Shown here in pieces: positions 18,571 through 28,820 of a stretch of DNA of 64,000 bases. Position 1 is the stretch's first letter. Every line of letters begins with the position of its first letter. Origin of the DNA: Myxococcota bacterium. GTDB taxonomy: Bacteria > Myxococcota_A > SURF-8. The notes under the pieces were generated by a model. That model did not search any database and was not told the DNA's origin. It saw nothing but the letters and a program-made list of their open reading frames with translations. Where the stretch lies: NCBI GenBank assembly GCA_965140415.1, contig OZ223209.1, positions 704,001 through 768,000 of the forward strand, read 5' to 3'. Both the position numbers and the translations under genes were made by a program.

Positions 18571-21500
18571 TGACCGAAGAACGGCAAACAACCGAGGCGA
18601 AGAGCAGCCTCAAGCGAAAACCCTGGTGGCGGAGGATCATCCGAGGGACGATTGTCGCTATCGGTTTTTTGGTGTTTGCGTTGTTAAGTTTTATCGTTTG
18701 GGCTTTGGGAACGAACGTCGGATTGACGGTCTTGTTGTATCGCGGGTTGGAATTTTACAACGATATGATTCCCGGTTCCATTCACGTTGCAGAAGTACGA
18801 GGCACAATCGTCGATGACTTCGAGTTGATCGGAGTGCAGGGGAAAACGGAACAGGGAGAGCAGCTTTTCCATTGTCGTTGCATAACGTTTTCCTGGTGGC
18901 CGGTTTTGTTGCCGACTGGCGACATCTTTGTAGAGCGGATCAAGTTGTATCACTCGACCGTTACACTCTACCCGGAGAGAGCCGGAGCAGGATTTTTGGA
19001 TCTCGCTCCTCGCTCCGATCCAAATGCACCGCCTCCACCTCCGGAACCCGAAAAAGAGCCGATGACTTCTTTTTCCCTGCCCTTGCCGATTCGCCTGATG
19101 CAATTTGAATTGGAGCATGTCGCTTTGCGGCAAGTGAAAAAGCAACGCCTTGAGAGTCTTGTGAATCTTGGAAGCTTTCGCTTGCAGGCAAATAGTCGAG
19201 GCGAAGAAATCCAGGGTATTCTGAAACTTCGTGCCCTCAACGCACCGGTGGCACAAGCCTACGTCAATTCTCTTCGATTCGAAGCTCACTGGCGGCGCGA
19301 TACCCTGCGCCTGCGTGATTTCAAGCTTGTTTCCAACCTTGCAAATGTCACGATTGCCGACAGTCTGTTCAATCCCTTCACGATAGATGGCAGAGCGGAT
19401 CTGACGGCACGCATACCGGAAAAGACGCTGACCCGTTACACCGGTTTGAAACTCGGTAGCAATACAACACTTCGATTGATCGCCGATGGTGGCCTTTCAG
19501 GCTTGGATATTCAATTGGATGCCGAATTGCCGCCAGCAATTTTGGAACTTAGCGGGGAAGCCGCATTGAAGCCGACTTCCAGTGCAAAGGTGAAGGCCCA
19601 CATCCACAATCTGGACTTCAAACGTTTCCAGTTGCCGGTGGATGGCGTTGCCAATCTGCAAATCGAAGCAGATGTAAAGGGCACGGATATCGACTCGTTA
19701 CAGGCAAACGCGACGGTTCAATGCCTGGATTGCAAAGTTGAAAAGCTTGGAAAGATCGAATTGCGCGCCATCACTTCCATGGTGCAGCGAACCGTCAAAG
19801 CGGATGTTACGACATCGGCCCGAGATCTTGCGGTCAAGGTAGACGCGACACTGGATAACTTCCAAGCGCTTGCAGCTAAGCTCTCTCTGCAAGCGCCCGA
19901 TCTTCGTTCGATTACGAGCTTGTTTTTAGCGGACCCGCTTTCCGGGGCCTTATCCCTAAACGCTGCCTGCAATGGTGATCTGCCATTTCCGGACTGCTCC
20001 GGCTCGGGGGAACTCAAGAAACTGGCGCTGGCGGATATCTCCCTGAAACAGGCGACACTTTCCTTTAGCAGCCAGATGCAAAACCAGACGCTGCATTTCG
20101 ATAGCGACCTGCACGCTACGGAATTATCCGCCAAGCCCGTGATTCTCAGCAGCATTGACTTGCAGGCTACCGGTTCCCCGGAGCAGATCGAAACGAAACT
20201 GGCGCTCGATGCGGCCAGCGATGGCAAGGGGCGCGTGAGTCTCTCGTTGCGGCCCGGTCCTCCTCTTCGGGTAACGTTGCACTCATTAACCGGAAACCTG
20301 CGCGAGATCCCACTGAAACTGGAAGAACCGAGTCGGATCGAAGTAAACTCCAGCCGCATTGCCGTGACGAAATTTCGTCTCGGTGTAGACAGCGGAGAAA
20401 TCAAGATCGACGGCTATTTCGACCCGAATTTAAGAAATCGCCTGTCGGTGAAATTACAGGAACTGGATCTGCTCAATCTGGCCAAGTTTGTCGAAGAGCC
20501 GATCCTGCAAGGTCGTTTGACGGCTGAATTCTCGTTGGATGGTGCAAGCTCGCAGCCGCAGGCGGACGTTCAGATCCTCATTGCGGACACCCAGGTAGAT
20601 GACCAACAGCTTGGCAACCTGAGCGTTCAAGCCGGATATCGCAATAGGCGATCCGATTTGTCCTTGTATTTGGAACGGGGTGAGCGCCGCCTGTTCGAAA
20701 TTCAGGCGAGTGCGCCGCTTGCAATGGATTTGCACCGCAACCACTTCGACTGGTTAAAAAACCAGAATCATTCCTTAAACCTAACCGTAAATGAAATCGG
20801 CGTACAGGATGTAGAGGAATGGGTGGAAATTCCCGAAGAGCTGGATTTCTCTTATTCTCTGACTGCACAGGCGCAAGGAAACATCTCGGAATACCAGGCC
20901 GATGTCAACCTTACGGGTTGGACTGCTCATCAACAATTAGAGCCGGTGCCGATGACGGTTCGGCTATCTGCAAATGAAGCGACACAACAGGTTTCCATCC
21001 AGTCCGACCCATCGAGTCCGCTGCCGCTAACGATCGAGGGACAGAGCGAGATCGATTTGGCAAGTGTGATGGAGGGGCATTTCGATCCGGCAAGCACGCC
21101 ACTGACAGCCAGTGTGGACATTCGCGAATTGGACTTGAAGCCATTCAATCCTTTTTTACCGGCTGGCGTTCACGATCTGCGCGGAATGTTCAGTACGCAT
21201 CTGCTGATCGACGGGACCGTGGATAACCCGCACCCCAAGGGTTTTGTTGCATTGAACAAAGGTGAAATGTCCCTGCTCAATATCTTAACGCCTTTCCGCA
21301 ACATCGGTCTGAAACTGGATATCGATGATACCCGGGCCGATTTGCAGACTCTTTCCGTCACTAGCGGCAAAGGCAAGCTGGAGCTGAAGGGTTGGGCCGA
21401 AATAGGAGATGGCGAAAGCATCGCCGCCGAATTGCAGGCGCAGATGAACGACTTCCAGATCGAGTTGCCCGGTGCGCCGCAGAGCTTTGTAGATGGCCGA

Positions 21501-22487
21501 GTCGCAGTCAACGCTTCCGGCGATAAGGACAAAATCCGGATCGACATCGGCCTGCGTGACATGCTGGTCGATGTGTACACCACGTTCACTAAAGCGCCCA
21601 AAGATGCCCCCTTAAATCCCAACGTGGTTTTCGTGGATGAAGAGGGCCTGAAGCAACAAATGAAGCAGCCGTTGAATCAGGACTCCCCCGAGATCATCGC
21701 CGAGCTTACACTTGAAACGCCCTTGATTATTAAGGGCGATTTCATGGATATGGAATGGGGCGGCGGTATCAGCGTTCACCTGCTGGGCGGAAACACCTCC
21801 GTAAACGGCCAGTTTGAGTTGGTGCGAGGGCGTTACGAGTTTTTAGGGAACAGTTTCAAAGTCGATGAAGCCTTGCTGAGCTTTCCACCCGGTACAAGTA
21901 ACGAACCTTTCCTTAACCTGGCTGCCAATGCAAGCATGCCCGATGCGGAAGTACTGATGATGATCAAGGGCCGGACCAGCGCACCCAAGTTGACTTTCCG
22001 CTCGCAGCCGCCCATGCCCGAGTACCAGATCTTCACCCTGCTGGTAACCGGAAATCTGGAAACCAATGAAGAAAGTCAGGACGAAGTTCAAGGCAAAGCG
22101 GCCAATCTGGGTAGTGGTTTGATCGCGTATCAATTCCCCCAGCTTCAACAGCAGCTCAAGCGCCGTCTGGGTATCGACCGCGTCGGTGTTTCTTTCGGCG
22201 AAACCGCCGATCAACCGATTCTTACGGTCGGCAAGCGCATCACGCGACGTATTTACGTCGAGTCCGCCTATCATCACAATGCACCGGACGACGTCAACCG
22301 CACGCAGGGCAAGGTTGAAATTCAACTGGTGCCGCGCTGGACGCTGGAAACTTTTTACGGTGATGCCAATATCGGCGGCATCGACGTGTTCTGGCACATG
22401 CCCTTTCCGGTAGGGACACAACCTCCCTTGCCTGAAACGCCACAAACCGAGCAAGCTCCCGATGATGAAACGCAAAATACTCCGTAG
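18570..22487 (+). CDS. tamB: Translocation/assembly module TamB-like protein
   Basis: N-terminal TM, long beta-rich body, DUF490-like C-terminus (GxxxxPxLxFxSxPxM, TVGKRI). One-base overlap with the Omp85 gene. Confidence 0.85.
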   Translation: MTEERQTTEAKSSLKRKPWWRRIIRGTIVAIGFLVFALLSFIVWALGTNVGLTVLLYRGLEFYNDMIPGSIHVAEVRGTIVDDFELIGVQGKTEQGEQLFHCRCITFSWWPVLLPTGDIFVERIKLYHSTVTLYPERAGAGFLDLAPRSDPNAPPPPPEPEKEPMTSFSLPLPIRLMQFELEHVALRQVKKQRLESLVNLGSFRLQANSRGEEIQGILKLRALNAPVAQAYVNSLRFEAHWRRDTLRLRDFKLVSNLANVTIADSLFNPFTIDGRADLTARIPEKTLTRYTGLKLGSNTTLRLIADGGLSGLDIQLDAELPPAILELSGEAALKPTSSAKVKAHIHNLDFKRFQLPVDGVANLQIEADVKGTDIDSLQANATVQCLDCKVEKLGKIELRAITSMVQRTVKADVTTSARDLAVKVDATLDNFQALAAKLSLQAPDLRSITSLFLADPLSGALSLNAACNGDLPFPDCSGSGELKKLALADISLKQATLSFSSQMQNQTLHFDSDLHATELSAKPVILSSIDLQATGSPEQIETKLALDAASDGKGRVSLSLRPGPPLRVTLHSLTGNLREIPLKLEEPSRIEVNSSRIAVTKFRLGVDSGEIKIDGYFDPNLRNRLSVKLQELDLLNLAKFVEEPILQGRLTAEFSLDGASSQPQADVQILIADTQVDDQQLGNLSVQAGYRNRRSDLSLYLERGERRLFEIQASAPLAMDLHRNHFDWLKNQNHSLNLTVNEIGVQDVEEWVEIPEELDFSYSLTAQAQGNISEYQADVNLTGWTAHQQLEPVPMTVRLSANEATQQVSIQSDPSSPLPLTIEGQSEIDLASVMEGHFDPASTPLTASVDIRELDLKPFNPFLPAGVHDLRGMFSTHLLIDGTVDNPHPKGFVALNKGEMSLLNILTPFRNIGLKLDIDDTRADLQTLSVTSGKGKLELKGWAEIGDGESIAAELQAQMNDFQIELPGAPQSFVDGRVAVNASGDKDKIRIDIGLRDMLVDVYTTFTKAPKDAPLNPNVVFVDEEGLKQQMKQPLNQDSPEIIAELTLETPLIIKGDFMDMEWGGGISVHLLGGNTSVNGQFELVRGRYEFLGNSFKVDEALLSFPPGTSNEPFLNLAANASMPDAEVLMMIKGRTSAPKLTFRSQPPMPEYQIFTLLVTGNLETNEESQDEVQGKAANLGSGLIAYQFPQLQQQLKRRLGIDRVGVSFGETADQPILTVGKRITRRIYVESAYHHNAPDDVNRTQGKVEIQLVPRWTLETFYGDANIGGIDVFWHMPFPVGTQPPLPETPQTEQAPDDETQNTP

Positions 22488-22620
22488 CTGGCGACGCATC
22501 AAAATCCAATCCATCTAAAGAATTCTATTGGAAATAATTCTTTCTTGACAAGCATTGCTGCTGCGACTATACACACTGTTCTAGTTGGACGATTTGTACT
22601 ATTCACGTGAAGGAGATGTT

Positions 22621-23046
22621 ATGAAGAGATCGTTGGTTTTTCTGTTGCTTGCCTTGTTCTGCCTCGTATGCTTCGTTCCCGCTTGCGGCGGCTCCGATGA
22701 CGACGACAATTCCACCACAGATGGCGATAGTGCTGATGGCGATAGCGCCGATGGCGATGAGTCCGCAAACGTCGAGACCATCGAGCTTTGCGGCGTGACC
22801 ATCGTCGATGATGTTTGTATCAGGGAAAATTGCAGTTACGAGTGGGAAAGTTGCATGGGTAATTGCGAATGCGTTTTGCTGCGCAAGTGTGACTTCGACT
22901 GTTACGCCTGCGAGGAAGATGGCAGCTGTGATGGATCGGACTGTCGGGATAGTTGCATGAGCGCGCATCGCACCGGAACGGCACAGATGGCGGATCTCGG
23001 TGAATGCCTGCAAAACAGTCAGGCTTGTCCGGATTCTGAGCTATAG
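22621..23046 (+). CDS. Cys-rich lipoprotein with DGD-repeat linker
   Basis: AGGAG RBS, lipobox VPAC, TDGDSADGDSADGD linker, many Cys. TTGACA-N17-TATACA at 22545-22573. Confidence 0.75.
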   Translation: MKRSLVFLLLALFCLVCFVPACGGSDDDDNSTTDGDSADGDSADGDESANVETIELCGVTIVDDVCIRENCSYEWESCMGNCECVLLRKCDFDCYACEEDGSCDGSDCRDSCMSAHRTGTAQMADLGECLQNSQACPDSEL

Positions 23047-23142
23047 GTATGGCAAGGCTTTATAGCCTTGTTGATGATCGAGCCCCGATGCGTAATTGTA
23101 TCGGGGCTTTTTCGTATTTCCGGTTCTTGTTTAACCAGTAAA

Positions 23143-24405
23143 TTAGTGCTGCACGCAAAGCATTTCCGATTCTTCGAACAGGCGCGGAACGAATTCCGAA
23201 AAGACGAACGCAGAAGCCAGATCGCCGCCGATATCGCCGTTGCACAGTACGATAGCGCCGATTTTGCTTTCACGCCGGGTGTACATCATCGTGCTGATGC
23301 CGTCATCGTTTCCGGCATGTCCGAAACGGTCGGCTTCGTCGGACAGTTTGTAGTTCCAGATCAAGGCCTGGTCTTCATCCAGATCCGGTATCTGCAAGCG
23401 CAATGCTTCGTCTACGGAAGCCTTTTCAAGAATACGAACACCCTCGTACTCTCCATCACCTAGATAGGCCATCAGGTATCTGGCAAGATCGTGAATGGTC
23501 GTGTGCAATCCACCGGATGGATAGTTTGGATATCCGTATTGCGCCATCGCCGTCAATGTACCTTCGGAATCGTGCAGATAGGGAGTGGCAATCTGGTTAT
23601 CCGATAGATCAGCGAGATGATAAGCTGTCTTCGTCATATTCAAAGGTGTGAATATCGAATCTCGTACAAATTCAGCGTAGGATTTACCCACGGCGCGTTC
23701 GATGGCAAAGGCAGCCAATCCGGCTCCGATACAGGAATAAATTGAACGTGTGCCCGGCTCGTCCTCTTGAAACGCGGTCTCGGCATTGTACAAGCTGCCA
23801 TCCGGTGTTAGATAATCCTGTAAATATTGGCCAAGAGCGATGGGGGAGTCGCCGTTGACGTAGTGCTGCCGTTCGATCGTCCAGTTATCCTTGATGCCGC
23901 CGGTATGCGTAAGCAACATGCGTATCGTAATGTCGGTTTCGGGAAATTGCGGATGAACTACGGTAAATGGCAGGTAGGTATTTACAGGCTCATCCAGATC
24001 CAACACTCCCAGTTCCACCGCTTGTAATGCCGCCGTTGCAATGAATGTTTTCGAAATGGATGCGATCATAAACAACGTGTCGTCATCAACCGGAATCTCG
24101 TTTTCAACATCAGCCCAACCGAAATTTCTACTCCAGCAAATCCGGTTGCCTTGCAGAACCAAAGCGGCCATACCGGGGATATGCGCCTCCGCCATTTTCT
24201 CGGTGAAGTATTGGTCAAGTTCCGGCGTCGATGCTTGGTTGTCGGATTCCGAATCTTCCAACTCAGCGTCATTCCATTCGGATTCTTCCATTGTTTCCGA
24301 CGTGTCAAGGTCGCCGTCGGTGACTTTCGCATCGTCGCTGTTACACCCAGCTAGCAACGAGACAAAAACAAAAGAAACGAGTAAAAAGCATCGGATTCGT
24401 TTCAT
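23143..24405 (-). CDS. Serine hydrolase, beta-lactamase/AmpC-like family lipoprotein
   Basis: Lipobox LLAGC, ASISK (SxxK), LLTHTGG, YSC and GHAG motifs. Confidence 0.88.
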   Translation of the reverse strand: MKRIRCFLLVSFVFVSLLAGCNSDDAKVTDGDLDTSETMEESEWNDAELEDSESDNQASTPELDQYFTEKMAEAHIPGMAALVLQGNRICWSRNFGWADVENEIPVDDDTLFMIASISKTFIATAALQAVELGVLDLDEPVNTYLPFTVVHPQFPETDITIRMLLTHTGGIKDNWTIERQHYVNGDSPIALGQYLQDYLTPDGSLYNAETAFQEDEPGTRSIYSCIGAGLAAFAIERAVGKSYAEFVRDSIFTPLNMTKTAYHLADLSDNQIATPYLHDSEGTLTAMAQYGYPNYPSGGLHTTIHDLARYLMAYLGDGEYEGVRILEKASVDEALRLQIPDLDEDQALIWNYKLSDEADRFGHAGNDDGISTMMYTRRESKIGAIVLCNGDIGGDLASAFVFSEFVPRLFEESEMLCVQH

Positions 24406-24521
24406 ACGCGAATTCTCCTACTGCATCTATACAAGGGAATGACACCTACATTACTAGGCGTATGAGTCCCTGTCAATGTAATAGTGTGAAATACTTTACG
24501 GATAAAGTTGAGAGGCTGCTA

Positions 24522-25358
24522 CTATTGTTGTTCCGGTAGTTTGGCGGAAAAAAAAGCGCCGTCCTCGGCCAATAGCATGATGGTGTCGTGTCGGTCGTCG
24601 ATGTAAATGCCCTCGGTGGGAATGTGCGCCTGAATGAAGGGGCGCACATCCGGGTAGGCTTCGTCGGAATTCAAGACGATGCGGTTTTCGCGTAAATCCC
24701 ATTCGAAAAACCCTTCCTGTCTGGAAGACAACACGAACAGGCTGTGACGCTTGGCCGAATAGGCAAGGTCGCTGCAGCTGGCATAGGTTTTGGGTGGTTT
24801 CATTTGCAACACATTGCCGGTAGGACAGTGGCGCTCGTCCAGCTCGGCTACGAACAGTCGGGCCTGGCTGTGTTCCTTGGCAATGTACAAGCGGTTGTGC
24901 CGCGAATCGTAAGCGACTCCCTCCAGCCCGCAGTTGGCAAAGCGACAATCCGGGTTGTCGTTTTTGAACAAGGGAATTTCCAGCGGATCGCAGGCGGCGG
25001 AAATCACGTAGCCCTTTGGGTCGATTTCAAAGGCGAGCACCTGCTGGGAAAGGTTGCAGTCGGTGGAGCACTGGTTGTCGGTTTTTTCGATCACAGCGTA
25101 AAACATGTTGTCCGTGACCCAGGTGATGCCTTCGAAGTCGTAGGAGCGATAAGTGTTCAATCGATAGGGCAAGGGTTTACAGCGCAACGAATCACCATCC
25201 GCTTCGCAGCGTGCGAAAACACCCGGACGGTTGTTGATGGAGTAAATGTGGCCGTCCCGATCCATCGTGATGCCGGAAAGATCCCGCAAACAACCGGAGC
25301 AGATCAATACAAGAAGAACGGTTAGTCCGCCTAGTAGTGGCCAGAATAAACGGGTCAC
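24522..25358 (-). CDS. SdiA-regulated/YjiK-like beta-propeller lipoprotein
   Basis: Lipobox-like CSGC; repeated LSGIT, FEGITW, LEGVAY, EGIY blades. Overlaps the AAA gene stop by 4 nt. Confidence 0.65.
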   Translation of the reverse strand: MTRLFWPLLGGLTVLLVLICSGCLRDLSGITMDRDGHIYSINNRPGVFARCEADGDSLRCKPLPYRLNTYRSYDFEGITWVTDNMFYAVIEKTDNQCSTDCNLSQQVLAFEIDPKGYVISAACDPLEIPLFKNDNPDCRFANCGLEGVAYDSRHNRLYIAKEHSQARLFVAELDERHCPTGNVLQMKPPKTYASCSDLAYSAKRHSLFVLSSRQEGFFEWDLRENRIVLNSDEAYPDVRPFIQAHIPTEGIYIDDRHDTIMLLAEDGAFFSAKLPEQQ

Positions 25359-26833
25359 GCCTCCTCCTTTTGGAACAGATCGACCAGGCTGGTGTCGAAC
25401 GAGGCCCGCCGTGCGCGATCCCGCGCCCAGTCGCGCAGCCGCTTGATGTCCTCCTCGTAGGTGTTGTAAATCGGCATGATCATCGCCGTGATCGCCTGTA
25501 GATCCTCCGCCGTGACGGCACGCTTTTCGGCAAACGCACGATAGAGCGCATCCACCACGACCTGCTCGATTTCCGCGCCGGTGAAGTTGCGCGCCTGCTT
25601 GACCAGATCCGCAACCGGGAAATCGTCCGGGTTCAGCTTTCGCTTGTTCATATGCAAACGCAAAATCTCGGTGCGCTCGCGCTCGTCGGGCAGATCCACA
25701 AAGAAGATCTCGTCGAAACGGCCTTTACGCAGCAGTTCCGGCGGCAGGCTTTCGATGCCGTTGGCGGTGGCCACCACGAAAACGGGACGCTGCTTTTCCT
25801 GCAACCAGGTGATGAAGTGGCCGAAAATGCGCTGAATGGACACATCGCCGCCGCCTTTACTACCGGCGAAGGCTTTCTCTATTTCGTCGATCCATACGAC
25901 TACCGGGCTTAGCGCCTCCAGCGTGCGGGTGGCGTTCCGAATTGCTTCCTCCGGCGAGCGGGAAGAGGCAAAGGCGGCTCCCAGATCCAATTGCACCAGG
26001 GGTAACTGCCAGTGCGAAGCGACCGCTTTGGCCGTCAGCGATTTTCCACAGCCTTGCACGCCCAATAGCAGTAGACCTTTGGGTTCGGGCAAACCGAATT
26101 CACGCGCCCGCTCGTCGAAAGCGGCGTCACGTTCATGCAGCCAGTCTTTCAATGCATACAAGCCGCCGATATCCGAAAGCGTCACCTGACGGTCATAATA
26201 TTGCAGCAGCCCTTCGCCTTCCACCAGTCGGCGTTTTTCTTCGATGATCACCGTGGCGTCGCCTTCGGCCAATCGCTCCGGCTCAAGCAACAGGCGGCTG
26301 AAAATCAACATGGCTTCTTCCGCCGTCAAACCGCTGGCCGCACGGGCGAACCGTTCCAAAATAGGTTTGTCCAATTCAACGTGATGCTGACCGCACATCT
26401 GCGAAAGCAGGGCCTGCAACTCGCGCACAACCGGTAGGGGCACATTGAACACCGTGAACTGCTTTTCAAGTTCCACCGGCAACACGTTCAGTGGCGCACA
26501 AATCAAAACGGTTTTCTTGTCGCGGATCAAAGCTTCGCGTTGATCCTTAAATCGGCGAATCGTAATGGGATCGTTCAGGCGTACATGAAAATCCCGCAGC
26601 AGAAACAGGCCTCCGCCGTTGTGCTCCAAAATGGCTTCCAGGGGATCTTCGGCCAGGCCGCTTAAAGCCGGACTGAAACCGCGATAGGCGCTCCAGTTCA
26701 CCAAAGGGAGCTTCAGTTTCTTGGCGGCCAGATTCAAATTGGCCGCCACGCGGTTTTCCTCGTGTGAAACGAGGTAGAAATAGGGATAACTCGCGCGGAT
26801 CTTCTGTTCCAGTTCTTCCCATATCGAAAGCAT
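25355..26833 (-). CDS. Ycf46-like AAA+ ATPase
   Basis: SHEENR N-domain, DIGG..LKDWL, GVQGCGKS Walker A, WIDEIEK Walker B, LPPELLRKGRFDEIFFVDLP. Confidence 0.9.
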   Translation of the reverse strand: MLSIWEELEQKIRASYPYFYLVSHEENRVAANLNLAAKKLKLPLVNWSAYRGFSPALSGLAEDPLEAILEHNGGGLFLLRDFHVRLNDPITIRRFKDQREALIRDKKTVLICAPLNVLPVELEKQFTVFNVPLPVVRELQALLSQMCGQHHVELDKPILERFARAASGLTAEEAMLIFSRLLLEPERLAEGDATVIIEEKRRLVEGEGLLQYYDRQVTLSDIGGLYALKDWLHERDAAFDERAREFGLPEPKGLLLLGVQGCGKSLTAKAVASHWQLPLVQLDLGAAFASSRSPEEAIRNATRTLEALSPVVVWIDEIEKAFAGSKGGGDVSIQRIFGHFITWLQEKQRPVFVVATANGIESLPPELLRKGRFDEIFFVDLPDERERTEILRLHMNKRKLNPDDFPVADLVKQARNFTGAEIEQVVVDALYRAFAEKRAVTAEDLQAITAMIMPIYNTYEEDIKRLRDWARDRARRASFDTSLVDLFQKEEA

Positions 26834-26847
26834 ATGCGCTTCTCTCC

Positions 26848-28647
26848 TTATGCCAGCACGCGCCGGATTTCGTCGTAACTGGTGGACCCGTTCGCCAGTT
26901 TTTGAATGGCGGCTTCTTTCAATGTGACCAGGCCGTCCTGCTTGGCGATTTTATACAGCTCGCGCGAATCGGCTTCCTGCTTGATCAGGCGGCGGAACTT
27001 GCCCGTCACCGCCAATACCTCGAACAGGCCGGTACGACCGTACAAGCCGGTATAGCGGCATTTCACGCAGCCGTCGCCGTACCAGCTTTTAAGGCGCTGT
27101 GTACCCTCCGGCAGTTTCAATCCCAGCGCGTGAATTTCTTCCTCGCCCAGGTAGGTTTCCATCTTGCATTCGGGACAGATCGTGCGCACCAGCCGCTGGG
27201 CGATAACCATATTCAATGTGGACGCCACCAGATAAGGCCGAATGCCCAACTCTCCCAGTCGCGCAATGGTGCTGACCGAATCGTTGGTGTGCATGGTCGA
27301 GAAAACAAGATGGCCGGTCAACGCCGCCTGCAAGGCATTTTCGGCGGTTTCCGAATCGCGGATTTCACCCACCATGATGATATCCGGGTCCTGGCGCAGA
27401 ATGTATTTCAGTGCCGAAACGAAATCCAGGTTGATGCGCCGCTGCACGGCGATCTGGTTGAAACTGTCGATCACCATTTCGATGGGATCTTCGATGGTCG
27501 TGATGTTCACATGCGGACCGGCCAGCAGTCGCAAGGTCGAATACAAGGTGGTGGTTTTACCCGAACCGGTGGGGCCCGTCACCAGCACCAGTCCGGTCGG
27601 TTGCGTCACGCCCTGTTTGTACTGCTCCAGCGACTCGGAGTTGAAGCCCAATGAGTCCAGGTCTTTCAAAAGCTGATCGGAATCGAAAATGCGCAGCACC
27701 GCTTTTTCGCCGAAGGCGGTGGGAACGGTGGAAATACGAATTTCGATTTCGCGGTTATCCATGCCCATTTTCATACGCCCATCCTGCGGGCGGCGGCGCT
27801 CGGCGATATCCAGGCGGCTCATGGCCTTGATGCGTGAGACCACCGGCGGATGGATTTTCTTGGGAATCGTGTAGATGTTCTGCAAGACGCCGTCGATGCG
27901 GAAGCGGATACGGCTGTAGTCGCGCTTGGGTTCGATGTGGATGTCGCTGGCGCGCTGCTCGAAGGCGTAGTGCAGGATGTAATCCACGGCGTTGACGATG
28001 TGCTGGTCGTTTTCCTCGATCTGATCCAGGTTCTGCAATTTGAAAAACTGTTCCAGATTCGCCAGATCCACGCCTTCCTCAATGTACTGCTCGGCGTCGC
28101 TGACGGACTTGCGGAAACCGTAGACTTCGGTGATGACGCGCAGGATATCCGCCTTGCTGGTCATGACCGGCACGACTTTCTTGTCCGTCACCCGATTGAG
28201 ATTTTCGAAAAATTCAATGTCGTAAGGGTTGGCGACAGCCACGTACAGCTCGGTTTCGTTCTCTTCAATAGGCACCGCGTAATGTCGGCGGGCGAAGGGG
28301 CGCGAGAATGCGCCGGTCACGACTTTGGCATCCAACTTCAAAGGATCGATCTTGACATAGCGCATGCCGTCTACACGCGCCAGCAGTTCGTAAATCAGAT
28401 CTTCGGTGATGACGTGGCTGTTGTCGTGGGCTAGGGGGATTTTCATGGCGGCGATCAGTTCGGGCGGCAGAATCTGAATGCGCCGATTTCCCAGTGCGTA
28501 GGATTCGCTGGCGTACTGTTTTTCCAGCCGCCGGCGCAAGTGCGGCACCTGGCGTTTCAATTCTTCCAGTTGCTCGGGTTGCATGTATCCATAGCCGACC
28601 AGTAACTCGCCTACCGAATCCACCGTAAACATCTTTCGCCCAACCAT
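26848..28647 (-). CDS. GspE/PilB family secretion ATPase
   Basis: ASDIHIEP, RFRIDGVL, GPTGSGKTTT, TIEDPIE, LRQDPDIIMVGEIRD, TGHLVFST, CPEC/CVKC Zn motif. Confidence 0.93.
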   Translation of the reverse strand: MVGRKMFTVDSVGELLVGYGYMQPEQLEELKRQVPHLRRRLEKQYASESYALGNRRIQILPPELIAAMKIPLAHDNSHVITEDLIYELLARVDGMRYVKIDPLKLDAKVVTGAFSRPFARRHYAVPIEENETELYVAVANPYDIEFFENLNRVTDKKVVPVMTSKADILRVITEVYGFRKSVSDAEQYIEEGVDLANLEQFFKLQNLDQIEENDQHIVNAVDYILHYAFEQRASDIHIEPKRDYSRIRFRIDGVLQNIYTIPKKIHPPVVSRIKAMSRLDIAERRRPQDGRMKMGMDNREIEIRISTVPTAFGEKAVLRIFDSDQLLKDLDSLGFNSESLEQYKQGVTQPTGLVLVTGPTGSGKTTTLYSTLRLLAGPHVNITTIEDPIEMVIDSFNQIAVQRRINLDFVSALKYILRQDPDIIMVGEIRDSETAENALQAALTGHLVFSTMHTNDSVSTIARLGELGIRPYLVASTLNMVIAQRLVRTICPECKMETYLGEEEIHALGLKLPEGTQRLKSWYGDGCVKCRYTGLYGRTGLFEVLAVTGKFRRLIKQEADSRELYKIAKQDGLVTLKEAAIQKLANGSTSYDEIRRVLA

Positions 28648-28820
28648 TGCTTTTCCTTTGCCGGAGCGGTGCTGGCAGTGTGTTTTGCTGCTGCCAGTCC
28701 ATCTGCCACAAGCTCTATAAACGCCTGCTAACCATGCGTAATCCGGTATTTTATCAGAGTTGTGGGTGGCTGTCTAATTTCAGAGCGAAGAATCCGGCGA
28801 ATAAGCGAGCAATACGTTTC

